Shown: positions 39,831 through 51,269 of the stretch, in pieces | Position numbering within the stretch: position 1 is the first letter of the stretch | Layout of the letters: the number at the start of each line of letters is the position of its first letter | Source of the DNA: Podarcis liolepis | Lineage: Eukaryota | Assembly (NCBI GenBank): GCA_965112155.1 | Contig: OZ218103.1 | Length of the DNA stretch: 64,000 nucleotides | Direction: 5' to 3' (one strand) | Made by a program: the position numbers and the translations under genes | Notes under the pieces: model-generated | Databases searched by the model: none | Told to the model about the DNA's origin: nothing | What the model saw: only the letters and a program-made list of their open reading frames with translations

Positions 39831-40494
39831 CATATATGTATAGGCACAGAGAGCGATAACGGGATCTCCCACTGCAGTATATGTTGCCCAGGTAAAGCAA
39901 GTAATTAGAACTTCCAGTTACAGAAAATTTCTGTAACTTTAGATTCACATTGAAGTGAACATTTCACCTGGTGTAATTTTTCATATCACTGCGGCAAAGT
40001 GATTAGAAAAGCCCTACGTGCTGTGACTTTTCCTGCTATGCTGCTATTAAAGATACAGAAATCCCCTCAGGGCCATGTTGAGGCAGTGAAAAATAATTCT
40101 ACACACAACTGGGTTATTTGCCACCCACTTGTGTGGAATTGCTTTATGCCAGCACAGCTACCTCCAGGAACCTGTGGTGCTCGAATGGTTATTCCCCACG
40201 CAATTGGGCTGAATGACACAATAAGTGGCATACAAATATTATGGCCACACCCCACAGAAGTATTTTCACAGCCTTTGTGGGGGTGGTGAAATGTTTGAAT
40301 CATCTGTTTGGATCTACAAATAATTAAAGGTGAAATGTCAGTGGTAGAAATATACTGATTCATACCTTCAGCTGACATAATGATCTATGAATTTGTCTTA
40401 GATAAACAAAACTTATTTGTGGAGGAGGAAGACAAAAGGAGATGATGATGATGATGATAGGAATTGATAACAGAAAAACCTACCTCCTGGAACA

Positions 40495-40680
40495 CTTAGG
40501 AACACCAGAAGTTGCCTTATACCAAAACATTGCTTCATTTAGTTCAGTACTGTCTCCACTCTCCAGAGTTTCAAACAGGTGAAACTGCCCATCCTATATG
40601 GGTAAATGCCAGAGACTGAACCTGGGTTTTCTCCATGGCAAAGCAGATACTCTTATCACTGAACTAAGACTCTTCCTTTT
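40495..40680 (-). mobile_element. Degenerate Squam2-like SINE (a similar remnant lies at about 4425-4600)
   Basis: Reverse-complement similarity to 39430-39572 (gccttatacc...ctccagagtttca...gactgaacctggg). Confidence 0.6.
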
Positions 40681-40903
40681 AGTGGAACTCACTTAAAAAG
40701 ATAGGTATGTTTGATATGCCTGTTGCTCAAATAGTTTGTAGTGATCTTAATTAAGGACAACCCTATGCTCATTTTACCTAGGAGAAACACCCATTAAACT
40801 CAGTGGGGCTTACTTCAGAGTAAACATGTATAAGATTGTGCTATAAATAGCCTTGTTCTTAAATCTGTCAATAATGTGTCTATTAAACCTTCATTGGCTA
40901 GAG

Positions 40904-41317
40904 CAGTGTGACCCAACTTTTCTTCCAACTGGGCCACAAGAGTAGTTTGGCACAGAATCTGCAGGCCGCTCACTACCTTGTTGCACAAGGGGGAGCAAGG
41001 CCAAAATTTGATGCCCCCTCCCCTCAAACTGCCTTCCCAAAACTGTCTAAGCAAAGTGCCAGGCTTTGGGAAGGAAGCACAAGGCTCTAGCAGGGTCCTA
41101 GAGCCCTCCCACCTAGTTCCCAAAGCTGAGAAAGCACAAACAGGGCTTTGGGAACTAGTAGGTGGAAGGACTCTGGGACCCTGTCAGAGCCCTCACGCAT
41201 CCTTCCCAAAGCCCAGCACCTCACTCACCCAGCTTTGGGAAGGCAGCATGGGGGGGGCTTTCATATGTTACCAACGGCCACCAAAAATGCCTCAGGGCTG
41301 CGTGTTGGACCACCCTG
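40904..41317. mobile_element. Probable hAT MITE with internal inverted CTTCCCAAAG / CTTTGGGAAG repeats
   Basis: Ends cagtgtgacccaac / gttggaccaccctg; about six alternating internal motifs; TSD poorly preserved. Confidence 0.55.
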
Positions 41318-42591
41318 GACAGGAGCATACCTTTCATTTCTCTTCTGTTCTCTGTCCTGCATCAACATAATTCACACAAGGTGGAACTAGCAGGAGAGAT
41401 TCCATGTGCTTGTTAGCCTCACATGTGAAAATGCTCTAAAGAGGTACTCTGCTACAGTAACCTAAGTTTTTCTTCTTGAAAAATTATTAATCTTTGGGTC
41501 TCCCATGTTTTTAAATATGGGGGGGGGACTTATGTTAGGAAGCAGATGGAAACTCTGTACGCATATAACAAATCTGCTTCTATGGCTAGTACAGTATCAT
41601 TAATCCTGTCTGCCTTGGTCAATCTTCTATGTAATCTATGGTGACACAAAAGCCCCCAAGGTAAAATAACAAACAGACACTAGCTGATTCCGACTGTTGC
41701 AGGAATGACAAAATGCTGCAAGAGGTTTAGATTTGTGTTTGGCATTTTAATGACTTCTTGATGCTTTTATCAAGAGATGTATACAAACCCATCCAGAATC
41801 CATATGCTTCCTGCAGAACAGCAGAGGCATATGACAGAGCTGAAAACTAAAAACAGAGAAGGCAATTCAAGGTTAACAGTGCAATCCTGTTCGTGGCTAC
41901 TCAGAATTAAGTTCCACTGAGTTTAATAAGGCTTGCTCCAAAGTAAATGGGTACAAGATTAAACCAGTTATGTATACAGTATATGCTCAGCAATTTGTTT
42001 TCTCCACAAAAAAGGACCAGAACATAGGTTGGAGAATAAGAAGCTCCTTTAGGATCCTTTTTTTTTTTTAAAAAAAAAAAAAGGATAATTGAAGGACAAT
42101 GGTAATTCTTGATATAAGTTTCTGTTACAGGCTTTTGGTAACTTTTATTAGAACTGACAGATGATACAGCTCTTGCCCAGAGTCTTCTACATATTTGTAG
42201 TGCCCTCCATCAGGGTTTGGCTTTAAACACATTCCGTGATATGCACAACCCGTATCTTTGTGCCAAACAGGGTATATATACTTAGCTGCAAACAAGTCCA
42301 CCCACACGTTATTACAAAGTGGCTATTTAAAACAAAAAAAATAAAAAAGTTGAGAAGCAAGTTTTGAGAGTTGGGTGAAAGCCATTCCATTCCTGTCAGC
42401 CTTTAAAATTGTTGCATTGTCAACAATGTTGCAATATCATCCACAGACATCAGCTGAGGTTGAGAATTAGTCATTTTCAGTTCCTACGGGCAACACTGAA
42501 AGAAAGCTTATAGCCATTCTAAGACATGAATGACTGAAATGGTTCCCAAATGCAAAGAATGAACTGAAATGAGGTGAATGCAAAATAGGTA

Positions 42592-43029
42592 CCGTATTTT
42601 TTGCCCTATAGGGCGCACTGGCCCATAGGACGCACCTCATTTGGGGGGGGGGATGAATAAAAAATATATATTTAACCCCCCAGCCCCCAGAACAGGCTGC
42701 TGCCCGCAAGCCTTGTGAGCCCGGCGGCAACTCCCGCCAGACTCGCAAGGCTTGCGGACACCTGCGCGAAGCACAGGGCACCCTCCGGAGGGCGCTTCGG
42801 GCTGCGGGCTGCTGCCCGCAAGCCTTGCGAGCCCGCAGGAACTCCCGCCGGGCTTGCAAGGCTTGCAGATAGCTTCCTGAAGCCTGGAGAGCAAGAAGGG
42901 TCGGTGCGCACCGACCCCTCCCGCTCTCCAGGCTTCAGCGAAAGCCTGCATTCGCCCCATAGGACGCACACACATTTCCCCTTCATTTTTGGAGGGGGAA
43001 AAGTGCGTCCTATAGGGCAAAAAATACGG
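42592..43029. mobile_element. Young Tc2/pogo-like MITE with GC-rich internal repeats
   Basis: Perfect 21-bp TIR CCGTATTTTTTGCCCTATAGG; TA TSD; CpGs retained; repeated GCTGCTGCCCGCAAGCCTTG units. Confidence 0.92.
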
Positions 43030-43588
43030 TATATCAAATGCAGTTTTATTTTATTGTAAATAGAAATGGAGTTCTTTTCCCTCTCATTCAATTCAAAATA
43101 ATGATTTTCCAGAAAACAAAGGATAAATTATTATTTACCATTCAGAATGAGTGTGTGTGAAGAGGGTGGTTTCATCGTAATTCTCATTATTCACTGCCAG
43201 TCCCTAACCTCTCACCCAGGGCTGACCAAAGTTATTTTGGTGTCTGAGATGGAACAGTAAATACCCCACTCAAAAAGAAAAAATAATTCAAGGTTCATAG
43301 TACCCAAGCCTAGCCATGTCCTGCAACCATCTCTCCCAAGAAGTTGTTATGGTAAAGATGAGGAAGAATAAGAATAAAATTAATAATGATTATTTCCATA
43401 ACATCCACATTACTCTGCTTAATGGCCTCATCCCACCCCTATGGTGTCATGATGAACCCCAGGACAAAACTGTAAACCAGAGACAGAATCACCAGCCCTC
43501 TAGATGTTGTTGGACTACATCTCCCATCATCCCTGACCATTGGCCATGCTGCCTGGGGCTACTGGGAGTTGGAGTTCCACTAAAGATG

Positions 43589-43928
43589 TAAAGGTAAAGG
43601 ACTCCTGAATGGTTAAGTCCAGTCAAAGGCAACTATGGGGTTGCAGCGACCATCTCACTTTTCAGGCCAAGGGAGCCAGCCTTTGTCTGCAGACAGCTTT
43701 CTGGGTCATGTGGCCAGTATGACTAAACCACTTCTGGCACAACGGAACACCGTGACGGAAGCCGGAGTGCACGGAAACCACGCTGGTATGCTTTTGAACT
43801 GTTAGGTTGGCAGAAGCTGGGACCAAGCAACAGGAGCTCACCCCGTTGCGTGGATTCAAACCACTAACCTTCCAATCAGCAAGCCCAAGAGGCTCAGTGG
43901 TTTAGTGCACAGTGCCACCCTTGTCCCT
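43589..43928 (-). mobile_element. Sauria SINE, second and more diverged copy with an internal deletion
   Basis: Colinear similarity to 2452-2801: same head, the gtcatgtggccag core and the aaaggtaaagg tail. Confidence 0.9.
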
Positions 43929-43942
43929 ATCTACATCTAGAT

Positions 43943-44048
43943 GGCTCCGTTGGTTAGAGCATGATACTGATAAAGCCAAGGTCATGGGCGCAATCCCTGT
44001 ATGGATCCTCTAGGTCCCTTCCAACTCTGCATTTGTATGATTCTATGA
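43943..44048 (+). mobile_element. Short tRNA-derived SINE with a CR1-type tail
   Basis: Head GCTCCGTTGGTTAGAGCATG...; tail GGTCCCTTCCAACTCT...ATGATTCTATGA, typical of CR1 3' ends. Confidence 0.7.
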
Positions 44049-44519
44049 CCACATGTTCCCCACGACTACTGTATGTCTTCTGTGTAAGGCTCATATTATA
44101 TGTGTGTTTTAGTACAATCCCTAGCTGCTAGGAATTGCCTACCAGATCAAGGTGCTCAATAAATGTTTAGTAGTGGTTGCGGTGGTCAAAAGGTGAAGTC
44201 ATGTCACTGAATAAACATTTATGTGTTAACAGCTTGAGCTGTGCACATTTCTTCAGAGGTAAGTCCCAATGAACTGACTGGCTTATTTCCAAGTAAACAT
44301 GCAAAGGATTGGTCCGTCAGTAAGACTATAGACTTTTACTAGGAGGTAAGTTCACAGTGGAATGTCAGAAAGCTAAGAAATAATGTTTAGGATTGCACAG
44401 CAAGAAGAAAATTACTTCTTGTAGTTTTAATGCTGGTATTTGATACAGTGTGCATATACATATATGTGCACATATACATCCATGAACATATACATATACA
44501 TAAACATAAACATTACGTG

Positions 44520-46020
44520 TTATTACTTACAGCCCACCCTTCACCAAATAGTCCCAGGGCAGGTTACAAAAATGCCACATTTAAAATAAATGCAACACAT
44601 TAAATCATAAAATAAAACTATAAAGTGACAAGATAACAAAAGCAAACTGCAGCATCAGATAGTAGTGCACAACAAGGCAGGAGATGAGAAGACATCCATG
44701 CAGCCCAAAAATTGGGTAAAGAGGTGCATCTTCACCAATCATTGAAAAGCATACAGTGAAGGTGTAAGATGCCACTCAGAGGAGAGGTCATTCTACAACC
44801 CGGGGGCTACCAGAGAGAAGGATCTCTTGAGCACCTCTGCTCCTCAAACCACAGATGGGGGTGGCAATACCAACACAGTAGCCCCTGCTGTTCTTAATAC
44901 CTGATCAGGTTGGCGTGAGGGGAAGCATTATTTCAGATATTTGGGGCCCAAGTCATTAGGGATTTATATGCCAAAGTTAATACCCTGAATTGGATTTAGT
45001 AGCAAATTGGCAACTGGTGCAAAGCTTTCAAGACCAGCATAATATGTATCCAGGCAGAGACATTCACCAACAGCTTTGCTGCTGCATTCTGCTCTTGCTG
45101 CAGCTTCCAAACTATCTTCAAGGGCAGCCCCACATAAAGTGATGGTAATGGTGCAATCTGTAAGTTATCAGAACATGGATTACTGTGGCCAAGCTATCTC
45201 TACCCAGGAAGAGCCATAGACAGTGAACCAGCCAGAACTGGAAATAGGCACTGCTAGCCATGTAGGCCTCAGGTGACAATAAGTACACCCCTCACAAGCT
45301 TTGCACCTGTTTCTTCCACGGAGTGCAACCTCATCCAGAACTGGCTGTCTCCCAGACTTTAGAACCGGCAATGCATAGTGCCTTTGACTTGTCTAGATTC
45401 TGTTTCAATTTACAGTGTATTGGTCCACATTCAGCCTATTACCGCCTCTAGGCAATAGTTAAGCACCTGTACTGCCTCTCCTCATTCAGATGGTATGGAG
45501 AGATAGAGCTGGATGTCATTAGCATACAGGTGGCAGCTTACTCAAAATTCCCATATGATATCTGTTAGTGGGTTCGTATAGACGTTAAAGAGTATGGAGG
45601 ACAAGACTGAACCCTGGGAAACACCACAAGCTAGCTTTGAAGGCAGCAAGCAATGGGCCTTCATTGCTGCTTTCTGAAAATTGACTTGGATGAATAATTA
45701 TAACAGTGCCTCCCAGTTCCCAAACTCTGGAGCCACTTGATGATCAACAATATCAAAATCCACTTAGAGGTCAGAGGGAAGAAATAAGTTTGCACTTCCG
45801 TCTTCTGACAAAGTTCGCCAAGGGAATTTCGGTGCCCTATCCTAGCTTAATCCACGTCCTCCAAGCATGCTGACAATTGGATCACCTTCCCCCTCAAGCA
45901 ACTTGCCCCCAAAGTGGGTTTTGGTGACTGAGCAATAGCTGTTCAACATTTCTGGGTCCAGGGAGGTCTTATTGAGAAGAGGACACACCACCATCTCCTT
46001 AAGGCCAATGGCTCCATAAT
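44520..46020 (-). mobile_element. Decayed L2 LINE, RT region to 3' end
   Basis: Minus-strand translation LKEMVVCPLLNKTSLDPEMLNSYCSV...FGGKLLE matches the L2 RT N-terminal motif; GVSQGSVLS and YANDIQLY remnants; many stops and frameshifts. Confidence 0.85.
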
Positions 46021-46276
46021 GAAGCATTTACCATTCCCTAACCACAAAGCTTCAGCTAACTTCTCTAAGCCAAGAAAGGCACAGAGTCCATGTCAGCCTT
46101 CCTCGGCAAATAACACTGATTGGGTGGGAGCCAGGTTCTGCAATCATGAGGCTAGGGAGTTGACTTTGAGGGACAGTCAAAGAGGCAAGGGCAACGGTAA
46201 TGCTTATTTTGACACAGATAATTGCCTGGACCAGTTAACTGAAGTTGACTGACAATCAAGTGACTCTGGGGCCCAG

Positions 46277-47110
46277 GTGATTCAGATCCTCTCCTGGAAC
46301 ATAGCAGGTTGGAGGAAAAAGGTAAATGACCCTGAAGTCATTTGTTTTATCAAGTCTTTTGACATCTTATTACAAGAAACCTGGGCTCACTATGGAATAA
46401 ATTTGGAGGGATTCAATTTGTACTCCTTCCCAGCCCATAAATCCAACATCGTGGGCCAATATAAAGCAGGACTAACCCTTCTTTGCACCCAGCAGCCTAA
46501 TCTTGAAATCATTTCCCTCCAACCATGTGACAACATTACCCAGGCATTCTTATTAAGATCTTCAAACTTGGTTCAATTATAATCAATGTATATATACCCC
46601 CTTGCCCCAACCAGCAGACATCAATGGGCTATTGGAACTAACATCACTTTTGGAAAAACTGGAGACCAAATTCCACAACATCGATCTGCTAATTGCAGCC
46701 AATTTCAATGCAAGAGTGGGTAAAGACAATTTTGAGCTTGCAAGAGAGCTGGGCTCCGACACTGAGGATCACCTGCCTGAGCTTCTCTCTGGCATACAAC
46801 ATTCCAAAGACGCCCATATCAATGATGCCGGAGTTTGCCTTGCCAAGTTGTGTGTACGTTTCGACAGAGTGATCCTGAATGGTTCATTACCAGGTGACCA
46901 GCTTGGGGAGTTCACGTTCATCTCCAGGAGAGGAAGTAGCATGATCAACTACATGTTAGGCTCCTCTGCACTGATAAACCAGGTTGAAACCTTTCAGGTG
47001 GGAGACTGCATCAAGAGCAATCACCTCCCTGTGGCGCTTTATCTCAGAGTATCTTTGGAACCAACAGCTTTTCACCATGCCTGCCAGCACACCTTGAAGG
47101 ACAATTGTGC
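46277..47110 (+). mobile_element. AP-endonuclease domain of a different LINE (pseudogenised ORF2 5' fragment)
   Basis: ILSWNIAG, LQETW, [D>N]FNARVG, ILNG...GEFTFIS, I[D>N]Y and S[D>N]HLPV motifs; disrupted between ORFs 46277..46582 and 46602..; no RT follows. Confidence 0.85.
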
Positions 47111-47139
47111 AATGAAGGTCATAAGCAGACTCTCCTATC

Positions 47140-47480
47140 CTGCTCCTAGCATTAAAGGAATTTACAATACACTTCTGAGACAACCTCCTCCAGTCAGCAA
47201 GGCTGTGCAGAGGGACGATACATCAGCAACATCCCTACTCTGTCTGTCAGACCCAACACCAAGAACAATCCTGAATCACAGAGCAATGGAATCTTTGTGG
47301 ATGACAACTCCCTGCTCCCATCTCACTGGCCTGGTGCTGCACTGAATACCTCCCCAGTTTATTCACCCAGGTGTCAGTAAAACATGCCAGGTTGGTCCCC
47401 TCATCTATGATCAAACTGTGGATGATTAATTACTTATTTTGGACCAACCTGGCTTTCAATAATAGCACCACCAGACCGGG
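47140..47480 (-). mobile_element. Decayed L2 LINE endonuclease (5' part of ORF2)
   Basis: Minus-strand fragments LVVLLLKARLVQNK, LIIDEGTNLACFTDTW, GVVIHKDSIAL and VGMLLMYRP. Confidence 0.75.
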
Positions 47481-49849
47481 GGAGAGGTTGATTGTGTGTA
47501 TCTCCAAATTCTACTAGCTGGAGGGCAGACCATAAGGAGTGATAGTCTTCATGTAACTAATGTTCCTTCTCTGAACCACGCTTCTTTGCCTTCCAATGCC
47601 ATACGTCCTTCTCTCCATCACAATAGCAGCCCAGACACATCACGCTCACCTCTGCTATTGTTTTCAGGGAAGCAACATCATAAAGAGATCAAAGAGCATG
47701 TAAGAGCACAGTTATAAGGCCATGACCACATTGGGTGGCGGAGGCTCATCCAACACACCTGATTCCTATAAGCTAAATGGCATTCTTCTTATTCACCCTT
47801 CCTGCTATCTGCACAGCAACCAAGTGTCAGCCATCTCTGGCCATGCAGCAGTAACTCAGTCCACACTAGGAAATTAATTTATGTCAGCACAGAAACCCCA
47901 GAGTACACCATACCTTGTTTTCTCTCAGGTACTATTTCCCACACAGTAAAGTGCCAAATGAAGAGTGAGTTCCCATTTGTATCAGTCAGTGACTGCAAAA
48001 CCCAATGATGTCTTGCATGTGTGGAAAGACTATTATGGAACATCTGCTTTTACTTTAGACTCAATAGAAGCAGTTCACATGTTCAGCTGTGATGTTATTG
48101 AGTAATATAGTTGCCTGTGTGAATAAGCCTTAAGAGTACATGAAGTTTATATGTGGGCATATTCCACATTGCTACAGGGAGTTGAACTACATTCAAAGTT
48201 GAAACAAAATGACGGTATTTTTATTCTAATGAGAACCAAACTTGAACCGTAATTGGAACCGTCTTATTGAACCTGAACTGGAGCTAAGACAAAAAAAAAA
48301 AAAGAAAAGAAAAAAGAAAAAAGCTTTTGGATCACTAGTTAAGAGGAGTAGTTCAGCATCTTTTTTTCAAATTAAATATGAAAAATGTTGCTAAAATCAA
48401 GGATAATGTTGTTTTGATTATAAAACATGACTACAAATAACTAATAGACCTCAGAGTGCTACCAGAGGTCTGCCCCACTATAATGAGAATTGAAAGAGAT
48501 TAACCCACTAGAGTAAAGATGGGGGGGAGGAAGCGAAACTGGCGCAAGATGTACACCATATGTGATAGCATGCCTCAGGCACTCTCCCCAACAACACCAC
48601 AACACTGAGAAAGAGGTGTAATGCTGTCTGATTCCAGGAAGATAGTGGCTCACCAGTTTTACTATACAAACCATTTCCTGTACACACAGCTTAGTTCAGG
48701 TATCATCTATCCCCAAATACTTTGCTAGCGAATCAAGAGGCAAAAACCACTGCTTCCCACTCCCACACCTTCCCAGCAGCAACTCTCCTTAACTGCTCCC
48801 TAACAGTACGTTCAATTCTGATTATTACTATTATATTTTGCTTCACAGGAAAAATGTTGGTCTAAAAAAGTTTGTGCAACAAATTGACAGTATTTTCCCC
48901 TGGCTTATTTAGTCAAAACCTGGACCCAAACCCTATAAAATGCACCTGAAACTAAAGTTTGAAAGGGCAAATACAAATGCTAGTTTGGCGGTTTGAGCTT
49001 CCAGGTTTACGACCCAATCCCATGGCTCTTGCAGCACCCAACCAAGCACAATAAATTGGACATAACTACCTAAGGCCACACCAACCTTAGCACAACTGAT
49101 ATCAGATGCAGGATAGGACACAATTATCATTGCACTAGCACTTTTGCTTGTGCCATTGTGGAGGTGGAACTGGCTGAGCCACAACGCTGCATCAGCACAA
49201 CAGCGTAGGCTGATATTACTGAGCCAACATTGTTCTCCTCTGTCAGATATAATATAAGTGTAGAAAAGGAACACAATCGGGAGCAGGTCGCACAGTTGCA
49301 CCAATAGGAATCAGGTTGGGTCATGTTCTATCCTAAGGAGGCCTCTTAGCTACTCTGAACTGATCTACATTTGCATGTCCAGCCTACACCATTTCAGTGG
49401 GATAATAAGCATAATGGAATTGCAACTGACAGTCAAGTTCAATTGACCTGACATAAGACGTCACTCATTGTAAGCCACACAATATGCTATTAGAAGAACA
49501 ATTGTTTTAATTACCAATCATGGGGTGGAATCTGACACTTACAACCATACTTTCCTTCATTCTTCTCTTTCCCCCTGTAGCCCCCTACACACCACCAAGA
49601 ACTGTTCCAGGTGGTCCCCCAACCCTCAGAGCAAAATTTGAGAGTGCATGGAAGCAGGGATGCCAACTGGAATAAAATATCAGGGGGGGGGCAGGTAAGT
49701 CCCACCCTGAGTATTGATTACAGTAGGTGGTACACACACCATCTGAATGTTGGTGCCCCCGAAAATATTTTATTGGGAGAGGAGCAAAGGGACCTCAGCC
49801 CCTCGGAGTTGGCTCCTATGGTTACAGTGACTGATGTGGCTGGAGAGGA

Positions 49850-50055
49850 TGTTTTGTTGCAGCTAGGGCAGATGTGCTGATGCAGGTGGACCATGGTGTT
49901 TATTCTTTCTGTGCTCCTCCCAGCGATCATTCCTCCCCTGGTCACTGCTGTGAATACACAACCAGACTGATTGCCTCCAGTTGTTGTGGTTGTCTACAAT
50001 GTATTCCCACGCAGTAGGCTTCAAGTTGACAGCCTTTGTGTCATGTTTGGGCCTG
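49850..50055 (-). mobile_element. RTE-type LINE C-terminal fragment
   Basis: KHDTKAVNLKPTAWEYIVDNHNNWRQSV...RWEEHRK, then (frameshift) ICPSCNKT. Confidence 0.7.
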
Positions 50056-51269
50056 GTGTCTGAAGCCAGTAGACTCCTTTGAAAGCAACTGAAACGCAAG
50101 TAGACTCTGTTGAAATCAATTATATTTACTGCTATGTGAATATAATAAGTACTGGAGTGTTAAGAATCTTGACTCACCTCTCAGGCCTTTGATTCACCCA
50201 CCCTACCCATCTACCAATACAAAGACTAGGGTATAGCAATTAATGTCTTAATAGAGACAACAAAATTTGGAATGTTGGCAGTTTTATTTGCAGCAAAAAA
50301 AAAAGTTTGTCCAGAACTCTCCAACTCTGTTTTGGTGCTGAGGTTCAGCTTTGGAGCATGTTAAATAACAATAAATAAAATGTCTCTGAAAATATATTGA
50401 GTGTAACAATTACTGCCCAGCCTTATATATTAACTACTGGGTTGATTCCTACTGACACAAACTAGATGTGCTTTAGGCCTTGGGTCCCAAATGTGGTTCC
50501 TGTGGGCACTACAGGGTTCTTGAGACTGGTGGCTTACAAGGACACTGCTATTTTCTTGCGTTTTCTTTTTCTTTTTTCACCATTGGTTGGCTGTCTGGAA
50601 AGCAAAATGCAGGCGTGTAGCCATCCTCTCCTTCCTTTCCCTAGAAGGCCTCTAGCTCTAGGCCCCATGTGGGCATGTTTTACCTGCTTTCTTTGTGGGT
50701 GTTGCCTGCTTTTTCTTTCCTTTGGTGGGGAGCTGGTTTGTTTGAGGGTTATTTTTTAAATAGTGCTTGGTTTTGCCTGTTTCAGTTGTGCTGTCTCCTT
50801 ATTTTTGTCTGTGCTTTATTTGTTTTCGGGTGCATTGGTGTTGCTTATAGCTGTGATATGTATTTCTGGGTATTTTGTGGCGCTTACATTATAGGTTTCC
50901 AAATGTAACCCAGGCCCAAAAACGGTTGGGAGTCCCTGATTTGGACTTATTTAGCACTTTTGAGTCAACCTACCTTTCAGAGAGGACAACCTGTGTGGAG
51001 TTCATTCCTGGATTCTGTTTCTTACTTATTTTAAAAGGACATGTTGAATTCACTTCTTAATTCCGCAACTCACTTAAGGTTTGGTGCAGCTCCCACGCCT
51101 CATAATGTTTAGAATACATTTCAATCCACCTATATGACGGGCATCTAAACCCTTTTTGCCCTACTGCCTTCTGTCTTGTACACCAGGGCGCCTCTCTTTC
51201 TCATTCCTGCATTGGAAATAAGCAGCAATGCTGACAAACCCGCTTTCCATTTTCTCCAAGGTGCAGCAG

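Noticed and set aside
46277-47345. Host or domesticated endonuclease gene
   Set aside because: It is frame-disrupted, the conserved Asp residues are mutated, and the ORF tail is antisense L2 sequence.
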